Shown here piece after piece: positions 9,240 to 16,965 of a stretch of DNA of 64,000 nt. Position numbers and translations under genes: made by a program. How positions within the stretch are numbered: position 1 is the stretch's first letter; every line of letters starts with the position of its first letter. Source of the DNA: a virus. Below the pieces are notes generated by a model, which saw only the letters and a list, made by a program, of their open reading frames with translations, made no database searches and had not been told where the DNA came from. The stretch covers positions 55,393 to 119,392 of IMG/VR virus record IMGVR_UViG_3300033545_000001, one strand, 5' to 3'.

Positions 9240-9900
9240 TCTTCTTACCATAATCCCCACTAGGGGTCGCCCACATGTAATTATGAGTCTGTGGGAATCT
9301 TTTGTGAATAATTCACAGGCATCGGACTTGATTCTGGCTCTAGATGATGATGATCCAACTCTTTCAGAGTATATGCTAATTGCTGAAAAGTGCTCTATAG
9401 ATGTGAGAGTTGGGCAACGTTTAAGGTTGGGAGGAACTCTTAACTCTGTGGCACTGGAGTATTGTGACAAGTATCTTTATTTGGGATTTATGGGCGATGA
9501 CCATAGGCCTAGAACTTTAGGCTGGGATGTAAATTATACAGAGGCACTACAGTCTAATCTGTTCGTATATGGCAATGATCTTCTCCAAAGTGAGAATCTT
9601 CCTACTCAGATAGCTATGAGTTCTTCTGTGGTAAAGACTTTGGGGTATATGAGCCCTCCAATTCTTATCCACATGTTTATAGATAATGCTTGGAAGGCAT
9701 GGGGCGATGGTACAGGAAGTATGAAGTACCTGCCTAATGTAGTAGTAGAGCATCTACATCCTGCTGCTGGGAAAGCTTCTACAGATACCAGGTATGATGA
9801 AGTATGGGCATACATGGATCCTGACTCAAAAAAGTGGCAGGAGTATAATGACTCTGGAGATCTAGAGTCTGACATAGATAAACTGCGAGGATTGCTATGA
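9232..9900 (+). CDS. GT-A (GT2-like) glycosyltransferase
   Basis: 'IIPTRGRP', 'LDDDD', 'MGDD', 'EHLHP'. Confidence 0.8.
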   Translation: MSDLLTIIPTRGRPHVIMSLWESFVNNSQASDLILALDDDDPTLSEYMLIAEKCSIDVRVGQRLRLGGTLNSVALEYCDKYLYLGFMGDDHRPRTLGWDVNYTEALQSNLFVYGNDLLQSENLPTQIAMSSSVVKTLGYMSPPILIHMFIDNAWKAWGDGTGSMKYLPNVVVEHLHPAAGKASTDTRYDEVWAYMDPDSKKWQEYNDSGDLESDIDKLRGLL

Positions 9901-10472
9901 CAGAGATAAGATTTTTTGATGAAGGAGTGGTCCCAGAGTGGACCACTCCTGAGTGGTATGCTGGAAGGGAAACAGCTCCTCATCTAGAACAGGATGGGCA
10001 TAGAGAGCGTTTATTGGCTACAGCTGACATTATCAATACGCTCAAGCCAAAGTCTGTAGTAGATTTGGGAGCTGGAGATGGAGGCTTATTGTCTCAGCTA
10101 GAGTGCGACAATAAGTGGGGGTATGATTTGCAGCAGACGAATGTGGACGTTGCTTGGAGTAATAGGCACGTGGATGTGAGACTACGGGACGTAGTCACTC
10201 ATGGAGATTTCATTACCTGGGGAGATTTAGCAGTTGCTACAGAGATGTTGGAACATCTTATTGACCCTCATGGATTCGTACGGTGGGTATATGGCCATGC
10301 CAAGTATTTTGTGGCTTCAAGTCCATGGCATGAAGTAGATGGTCCTCATTACGAGTTTCACACATGGGCCTGGGATATGGAAGGATTTAGAGCCATGTTC
10401 GAGTCAGCAGGATTCAAAGTATCTCAGCATGTCAAAGTTCAAGGCGCTCAGATAATAGTAGGCGTAAAGTGA
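9897..10472 (+). CDS. class I SAM-dependent methyltransferase
   Basis: 'VVDLGAGDG', 'EMLEHLIDP'. Confidence 0.85.
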   Translation: MTEIRFFDEGVVPEWTTPEWYAGRETAPHLEQDGHRERLLATADIINTLKPKSVVDLGAGDGGLLSQLECDNKWGYDLQQTNVDVAWSNRHVDVRLRDVVTHGDFITWGDLAVATEMLEHLIDPHGFVRWVYGHAKYFVASSPWHEVDGPHYEFHTWAWDMEGFRAMFESAGFKVSQHVKVQGAQIIVGVK

Positions 10473-11344
10473 AGTCTGTACTGATTACAGGTTCTTCAGG
10501 ATTTGTTGGACGCCACTTCATCAAGAAGCTGGAAGATGACAATGAGCTGCATCTTATAGATATTAAAGATGGTCAGGATGCCAGAGACTACTTCAGGTTT
10601 TCAGATAAGAGATATGACCTGGTAATTCACTTGGCGGCTGTTGTGGGAGGCCGAGAAACTATTGAGAGAGAGCCTCTTAAAGTAGCTGTAGATCTTTCTA
10701 TTGATGCTGAAATGTTCCAGTGGGCTTTGCGTACTAAGCCTAGCAGAGTAGTATATTTCAGTTCTTCAGCAGCATATCCAATATCTTACCAGTCATTGTA
10801 TAGAAGAACTAGTCTATGGGAAGATGCAATAGATCTTAACAGTATAATGTCTCCAGATATGACGTATGGATTTGCAAAATTGGCTGGAGAATATCAAGCT
10901 AAATTCTTAGCAGAGGCTGGCATAAATACTCATGTATTCAGGCCTTTCTCAGGATATGGAGAGGATCAGGATTTGTCTTATCCATTCCCCTCATTTATAG
11001 CTAGAGGCGCTAGAAGAGAAGATCCGTTTCCCATTTGGGGTGATGGCAATGCTTGCAGAGATTTTATTCATATTGATGATATAGTAGATGCTGTGCTTAA
11101 GGCAATAGATGAGGATATACGCGTGCCCGTTAACCTAGGGACTGGTATAGCTACTTCTTTCAATTCTCTAGCTTCCACAGTAGCTGAACAAGTAGGCTAT
11201 AGTCCTCAGTTTGAGCATTTGCTAGACAAGCCAGTAGGAGTAGAGTACAGAGTGTGTACTAGCGAACTTATGAGATCATTCTATACTCCTAAGATTAGTC
11301 TTGAAGAAGGAGTAGCTAGATCCTTGAGAGCTTCTGGTGTATAG
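10469..11344 (+). CDS. NAD-dependent nucleotide-sugar epimerase/dehydratase
   Basis: GSSGFVG, 'HLAA', 'SSS', YGFAK, 'RDFIHIDD'. Confidence 0.92.
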   Translation: MKSVLITGSSGFVGRHFIKKLEDDNELHLIDIKDGQDARDYFRFSDKRYDLVIHLAAVVGGRETIEREPLKVAVDLSIDAEMFQWALRTKPSRVVYFSSSAAYPISYQSLYRRTSLWEDAIDLNSIMSPDMTYGFAKLAGEYQAKFLAEAGINTHVFRPFSGYGEDQDLSYPFPSFIARGARREDPFPIWGDGNACRDFIHIDDIVDAVLKAIDEDIRVPVNLGTGIATSFNSLASTVAEQVGYSPQFEHLLDKPVGVEYRVCTSELMRSFYTPKISLEEGVARSLRASGV

Positions 11345-12056
11345 CGTAGTATTTACCTGCTACAACAGGCCAGAATTCCTTAAAGAGACGTTGGATTCTT
11401 GGGCTAATGTCAGAGGTATAGAATCTTGGCGAAAATGGATATTTGTAGAGCCTAGTGATCGTAGAGATGAAGTACTCAGACTTATAGATAAAAGTCCTTT
11501 AGACTTTACTGTAGTGCTTAATGAGTGGAAATTTGGCGTATTGCACAATCCTTGGGTGGCTTTAGACACAGCATTTTATAACGGGTCAGATTTCGCAGTG
11601 CTGGCTGAAGATGATATTATTGTCAGCACTGATACTGTAGAATATTTCACGTCCGCTAGCTCGATGTATAGTCCAGAAGAATTACTTGGAGTATCTGCCT
11701 TCACGTCTAACCTATCAGGAGACGACAGAAAACTAGTCAGGGCTCCTACTTTTGGCGGCTTAGTGTGGGGTGTATGGAAGAAATCATGGTATGATCATCT
11801 TAGGGATACTTGGGACCACGATTACTCCACTCATAATGGCATTCCTGGAGAACAGTCAGGATGGGATTGGAATATAAGTACACGTATAATGCCTCAGCTT
11901 GGCAAAAGATTCATATCTCCCGATGTAAGCAGATCAAGGCATATTGGACGCTATGGAATGCATATAACTGTGCAAGACTTTGACAGTATATCTCCAAGTC
12001 CTAGTTTTGTATTGGATAGATCTCCAATAGAATACTATGATGGAGGTGATTATTAA
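11337..12056 (+). CDS. GT-A glycosyltransferase (GT13/GnT-I-like motifs)
   Basis: 'CYNRP', 'AEDD', 'VSAF', 'FGGLVW', 'WDW', 'SPDVSRSRHIG'. Confidence 0.75.
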   Translation: MYSVVFTCYNRPEFLKETLDSWANVRGIESWRKWIFVEPSDRRDEVLRLIDKSPLDFTVVLNEWKFGVLHNPWVALDTAFYNGSDFAVLAEDDIIVSTDTVEYFTSASSMYSPEELLGVSAFTSNLSGDDRKLVRAPTFGGLVWGVWKKSWYDHLRDTWDHDYSTHNGIPGEQSGWDWNISTRIMPQLGKRFISPDVSRSRHIGRYGMHITVQDFDSISPSPSFVLDRSPIEYYDGGDY

Positions 12057-12610
12057 TGAAATGGTCAATTTTGATATTGACTCAGGTATCTAGAGAAAAG
12101 TATTTACATTATCTATTGCAAACTCTTGAACCTCAAGTAGAGCAGTACTCTGACCAGGTAGAGCTTATCATTAGATATTGTGATAGTAGAATGTCTGTAG
12201 GAGACAATCGCCAGACTATGAGAGAGCAAGCCAAAGGCGAATACTCTAATTTTATAGATGATGACGATCTTGTTTCTACTGCTTACGTCAGAGATCTATT
12301 ACCTTTGATGGATGGAGTAGATTTCATAGGCCATAGAATTAGCAGATATGATGATGAAGTATTTACAGGAGAGTATGAGCACTCTCTAAGACATAAAGGA
12401 TCTTCAAGTCCCCACTCTACTCCTCATGTCAATCCTACTAAAACAGAACTAGCCCTTAAAGTTCCAATGTCTGGAGGCTATGGGGAAGATAGGCGTTGGT
12501 GGTATGAGCTTATGGACAGTAATCTCATAGTAACAGAGAATTACTTAGATGAAGTAGAGTACTCATATTATTATAGATCCAATAAGTCTGATGGTGTAGC
12601 CACAAGTTAA
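12056..12610 (+). CDS. GT2-like glycosyltransferase
   Basis: 'WSILI', 'AKGEYSNFIDDDD', 'GED'. Confidence 0.8.
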   Translation: MKWSILILTQVSREKYLHYLLQTLEPQVEQYSDQVELIIRYCDSRMSVGDNRQTMREQAKGEYSNFIDDDDLVSTAYVRDLLPLMDGVDFIGHRISRYDDEVFTGEYEHSLRHKGSSSPHSTPHVNPTKTELALKVPMSGGYGEDRRWWYELMDSNLIVTENYLDEVEYSYYYRSNKSDGVATS

Positions 12611-12624
12611 TAATAATCCGATTG

Positions 12625-12652
12625 TCCTCCATAGAAACGTTTCTATGGAGGA
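12625..12652. repeat. perfect 28-bp palindrome covering the SD of ORF 12659
   Basis: TCCTCCATAGAAAC/GTTTCTATGGAGGA. Confidence 0.9.
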
Positions 12653-12658
12653 TTTGTC

Positions 12659-13417
12659 GTGTCTGGATTAGATATAGTCGAGTTGGCAGCCGCAGCTGCT
12701 TTAACTCCTACTCAAGCCGTAAGGCTTCAGACTCTTGATGATTACCCATCTTCTGTCATTGGTTGGATGTCCAAACTTCCCTGGGATTGGCCCCATGCTG
12801 TTCCACTAGACAAGATAGATTTCTCCAATAAGGCCAGTTGGAATGCCCAGGCTAATCAAGATAAGATTGAGCATTTCAAGAAGAAGATTACTAAGGGTAC
12901 CCTAAAGCCAGCTATACTTGTGATGCCAAAAGGCGAGACTAGGTATGTAGTAGTGGATGGCCATCACAGAGCTTTGACCTGCTTGGAATTGAATAGGCCT
13001 TTATTGTCTTGGACTGCTGATGCTCCGGAACATGACGGTCCTTGGGATGTAATGCATGATTCTCAGAAGCACGGGTCATCTATAAAGGCTTCTTACAGCG
13101 AGTCAGAGCAGATACTGAGACTGAATAGGGAAGGCACTTCTGTAGAGAAGGCCAGCACTGTTCAGCCAGTAGGCCCCAAGCCTCTTTGGCATAAAACCAA
13201 GCCAAAGCCTTGGCATTTACCAGCCTATATAGAGCATATTGCCAATGCTTTGATAGCTCATGGACATTCTGAGTCTGAAGCTATTCAGATAGCAGTAGGT
13301 GTAGTAAAGAGATGGGCTTCTGGAGGCGGAAAGGTAGATGCCAACACAAGGCAGGCTGCCCAGAAGGCTCTAGGAGAATGGAATGCCGAGAAAGCAGCTG
13401 CTCACGGGAGTAAGTAA
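12659..13417 (+). CDS. ParB/Srx-like domain protein in head module
   Basis: 'KPAILV...YVVVDGHHR' plus helical C-terminal domain. Confidence 0.7.
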   Translation: MSGLDIVELAAAAALTPTQAVRLQTLDDYPSSVIGWMSKLPWDWPHAVPLDKIDFSNKASWNAQANQDKIEHFKKKITKGTLKPAILVMPKGETRYVVVDGHHRALTCLELNRPLLSWTADAPEHDGPWDVMHDSQKHGSSIKASYSESEQILRLNREGTSVEKASTVQPVGPKPLWHKTKPKPWHLPAYIEHIANALIAHGHSESEAIQIAVGVVKRWASGGGKVDANTRQAAQKALGEWNAEKAAAHGSK

Positions 13418-13785
13418 TGATTGATGTAGTTACAACATATCCTATTACGTTTGAGCAGGGAACGCCTTATCAATATACTTATATTTGGTCTACTAACGGG
13501 TCAGTAAATGATCTTACAGGCTATACAGCTCGTATGCATATAGTTACCGATCTTGTTAATAAAGTTCCCATCTTAACACTAACTTCTGATGGCACAACTG
13601 CTCCTAATACTTCCATAACTCTTGGAGGAACAGCAGGAACTGTTACTGTCAATTTAACTGATGCTGCCACTGCTGCTATGAATTACGATACTGGGTATTA
13701 TGCTCTTCTTGTGCAATCTCCAGGAGGCGTCAATTACAAGCTTATGGAAGGCACTGTGACAGTTGCGCTAGGATTGAGCTACTAA
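13417..13785 (+). CDS. BppU-like (Ig-fold) virion protein
   Basis: 'EQG...DLTGYTARM...LMEGTVTV', similar in style to the N-termini of ORFs 43867 and 46629. Confidence 0.6.
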   Translation: MIDVVTTYPITFEQGTPYQYTYIWSTNGSVNDLTGYTARMHIVTDLVNKVPILTLTSDGTTAPNTSITLGGTAGTVTVNLTDAATAAMNYDTGYYALLVQSPGGVNYKLMEGTVTVALGLSY

Positions 13786-14222
13786 TGACTGATATTGCAG
13801 AGCATGCCCAGAAGGTTTCTCACAGTTACACTGTGCACTATCCTCCACATCCTGCCCGTGAAGATGATCCCCACTATAAAGATTTCAATCATTTCCATAG
13901 GACAACTAAGAATGATCCTGAGATTTATCAGTGCGCCATAGGTAAGCACAGAGGTGACTTCTCTGAATGTTCTGTAGACAAGCCTCTTGAAACTCATCAT
14001 TCTCATGTTGAGTTTTCTTTACAGAATGGTATAGATTTACAGTGGTTGGAGAAAGACTATCCAGGTATTTCTAATCCTGATGAATTAGGAGCGTGGGTAG
14101 AATCAGCAGATAACCTTCAATGGCTTTGCGAAAGGCACCATAGAGGTTCGGGCGGAGTTCATGTAGTTTCAGCTGCTGACTATGAGGCTGAACGCTATGT
14201 GAGAAATCTTACTTCTGACTAA
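13785..14222 (+). CDS. HNH-like protein near terminase
   Basis: 'LETHH...NLQWLCERHH...GVH'. Confidence 0.5.
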   Translation: MTDIAEHAQKVSHSYTVHYPPHPAREDDPHYKDFNHFHRTTKNDPEIYQCAIGKHRGDFSECSVDKPLETHHSHVEFSLQNGIDLQWLEKDYPGISNPDELGAWVESADNLQWLCERHHRGSGGVHVVSAADYEAERYVRNLTSD

Positions 14223-14267
14223 TCCGATGGTTAATTCAGGTATACCACTATTTTATTGGAGTTTGTA

Positions 14268-14999
14268 ATGAGCTCATCACAGCTAGAGCTGGTCATTGAA
14301 CTTGCTGCTAGGAAGAAGTTCTCTAAGATCGCTGACGACAACATGAAGGATCAGACAAAGTTTCCAGCTGCGTCTGTTCCTGTAGGTGGCGTCAATGCTG
14401 AAGATGGCTCTTCAGCAGAGACAGCTCCCCCAATTGTTCCAGCCGCTAGTCATGACGATTGGCAGGACAATGAGGATATGCACTCTATGGGAGTGACTAT
14501 TGGTCCTGCTGGTGACGTTATGCATGGTGCTATGAAGATTGGCAACATTGTAACTATTCCCAAGGGTAAGAACCGTTATATCGGTATCCATCACCCTTCT
14601 GGCGCACTGACTGACGCACACCCTAATCGTGCTCGTGCTGCCATGGAACTTCGTACACTTCATCATTTCCTTCCTCATCACAATGAGAAGGGCGCACATC
14701 CTGGCATGGCTTTATCAGCTGAGCAGGAATTTGCCACAGTTATAGCACTTGCAGCTAAGAATCAGGAACGTACAGCTTCTGAAGGAATGGCTAAGTACGG
14801 GGATGTAGAGTATGCAGATCCTAAGAACAAGGCTTACCCTATAAATAATGCTGAGAGGGTAAAAGCTGCTCGGGACTATGTAAATCATCCAGATGATGCT
14901 GCTAAATATCCTCGTAATGGAGTTAGTTTAGAGTCTGTAAAAGCTAAGATAAAGTCAGCTGCTAAGAAGTTTGGCGTAGAGATTAGCGAAGACAACTAG
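14268..14999 (+). CDS. hypothetical head-module protein with DUF6582-like C-terminal domain
   Basis: ATG after GGAG; C-terminal 'YADPKNKAYPI...IKSAAKKFGVEI'. Confidence 0.65.
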   Translation: MSSSQLELVIELAARKKFSKIADDNMKDQTKFPAASVPVGGVNAEDGSSAETAPPIVPAASHDDWQDNEDMHSMGVTIGPAGDVMHGAMKIGNIVTIPKGKNRYIGIHHPSGALTDAHPNRARAAMELRTLHHFLPHHNEKGAHPGMALSAEQEFATVIALAAKNQERTASEGMAKYGDVEYADPKNKAYPINNAERVKAARDYVNHPDDAAKYPRNGVSLESVKAKIKSAAKKFGVEISEDN

Positions 15000-15039
15000 T
15001 ATAAAGTAGAACTAAGCCCAATAATTAGGCCCGGAGCCA

Positions 15040-16926
15040 ATGAGTAAGTTCGCACAACTCTTTGCAGAAGAGCCCCCAGAGCCAATAGCTCCAGTAGGGG
15101 GCTCTAATGCTTATGCCCTTGAAGACCTGCTTGAAGAGATCCCTGTGTCTTTGGAAGTATTCATCAGAGACAAGAAGTACCTTGGGGATGCTACTTTTAA
15201 GCCTAGTGACATTCAAGCAGATGCTATTAAGCACATTGAACGTATATACTTTGCTGACATGTACCCAAGTATGGGCGAATATGAGCCTTATTGGCTAGAT
15301 GATATTAGAATGACTAACTTCCATGCCCTTCAGTGGGGAAAGGGAGCTGGCAAGGATTCTATCTGCCGCATGTCATTCCTCAGGGTAGCTTATCTGTTCT
15401 CATGTCTTAAGAATCCACAGGCTTATTTTGGCATTCCTGATGATGATGATGTTCATATGCTTAATGTTGCTATGTCTGCCAAACAGGCGCAAAGAGCATT
15501 CTTCAATCCTTTGAAGAAGAATGTTAAGAAGGGTTGGTTTAAGGACAAGGCAGATTGCACTGTATCTGAAATCACCTTCGCTAAGGGACTAATTGGAATA
15601 TCAGGACATTCAGAAACAGAGTCTCAGGAAGGTCTTAACCTGCTGCTGGGAATCTGTGACGAGATTGACGGTTTCAAGACTAAGGCAGACTTGGCAAGGA
15701 ATCAAGGAGCTTCTCTAAGAGATTCTACCCGTAGCGCTGAATCCATCATGAACATGATGAGATCTTCTGGAATTACTAGATTCCCGGAAACATTCAAACA
15801 GGTTTACATTAGCTTCCCTCGCTACCTTGGATCTACTATTCAGCAGAAGACTCAGCAGGGTTATGATGATATTGCTGAGAATGGCAGTAATTCAAGATGG
15901 TTTTCTTCTGGACCTTATGCTACGTGGGAAGTAAAGCCAAGTGCCAAGAAATGGCATTTCTCTGAAGAGTACAAAGAGAATCGCCATGAAGCTATGGCTA
16001 AATATGAATGCAAGCCAAGCTTTGCCGCTGACCCTTACTACAAGAATCCAATGGCTGTAGAGGCTTGCTTTAGACATGAAGAAATTCCTTCAGTTACTGT
16101 CTCTTATGTATGCGACGGTAACGTGTGGAGGCCAGATTACGAATTCTCAGAAGATTTCTACCCTATTCAGGGCGCTCAGTATGCTATGCATGCAGACCTT
16201 GCAGTCAAGGGAGACCGTGCGGGTATAGCGATGGCTCATGTAGTAAGGAATGAGTTGGTAGAGAAAGAGATCTTTGGAGAAGGCGGAGAAATCATTCGTG
16301 TGAATGACATGCTGCCCTATGTAAAGACTGACTTTATTATAACTTTTGAAGCCGACCTGTCAGCTGATCCTTTCCGAGAGATTCAGATACGTTGGGCTAG
16401 AGACTTGTGGGCTGAACTTAAGCTTAGAGGATTCAATATTCGTCAGTTCAGTTTCGACGGTTATCAGAGTACAGAAAGTCGTCAAGAGTTAGAGCGCCTG
16501 GGAGTAGATTCTCCAGTTATCTCTACTGACCGTACTGAAGATCCTTGGAAGACTTTGAGAGACCTTATGTATGGTGGTAGAGTATCTATGCCTTATACTG
16601 ACATTCTGCGTAATGAGCTTCTAGGTCTTACTAAGCGTACAAATGGTAAGATAGACCATACTTCCCTAGGAAGTAAGGATATGGCTGATGCTTTCGCGTG
16701 TGCCTGCACAGGAGCCATTATGCTAGGAGGCTCAGAAGCTGCTAGTGGGGCCAGAGCTTACTATTCTAAAGTTGAATTCTCTGGAGATAGTTATGAATCT
16801 ATTCCAGAGTTGAAGTTTGATGATAGAGATGTATTCAACATGGGGCAATTTGGCCATGAGTTTGATAATATGATTGAAGGAGACGGCTGGTCTGGCGATG
16901 GAGGATCTCTAGCTAACTGGTTATAA
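15040..16926 (+). CDS. terL: terminase large subunit
   Basis: Walker A GKGAGKD, Walker B ICDE, nuclease 'ADLA', 'FDGYQS', 'SKDMADA'; precedes portal. Confidence 0.9.
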   Translation: MSKFAQLFAEEPPEPIAPVGGSNAYALEDLLEEIPVSLEVFIRDKKYLGDATFKPSDIQADAIKHIERIYFADMYPSMGEYEPYWLDDIRMTNFHALQWGKGAGKDSICRMSFLRVAYLFSCLKNPQAYFGIPDDDDVHMLNVAMSAKQAQRAFFNPLKKNVKKGWFKDKADCTVSEITFAKGLIGISGHSETESQEGLNLLLGICDEIDGFKTKADLARNQGASLRDSTRSAESIMNMMRSSGITRFPETFKQVYISFPRYLGSTIQQKTQQGYDDIAENGSNSRWFSSGPYATWEVKPSAKKWHFSEEYKENRHEAMAKYECKPSFAADPYYKNPMAVEACFRHEEIPSVTVSYVCDGNVWRPDYEFSEDFYPIQGAQYAMHADLAVKGDRAGIAMAHVVRNELVEKEIFGEGGEIIRVNDMLPYVKTDFIITFEADLSADPFREIQIRWARDLWAELKLRGFNIRQFSFDGYQSTESRQELERLGVDSPVISTDRTEDPWKTLRDLMYGGRVSMPYTDILRNELLGLTKRTNGKIDHTSLGSKDMADAFACACTGAIMLGGSEAASGARAYYSKVEFSGDSYESIPELKFDDRDVFNMGQFGHEFDNMIEGDGWSGDGGSLANWL

Positions 16927-16965
16927 GATCTACCGATGATTTACGTATATAGACTATCATAGGAG

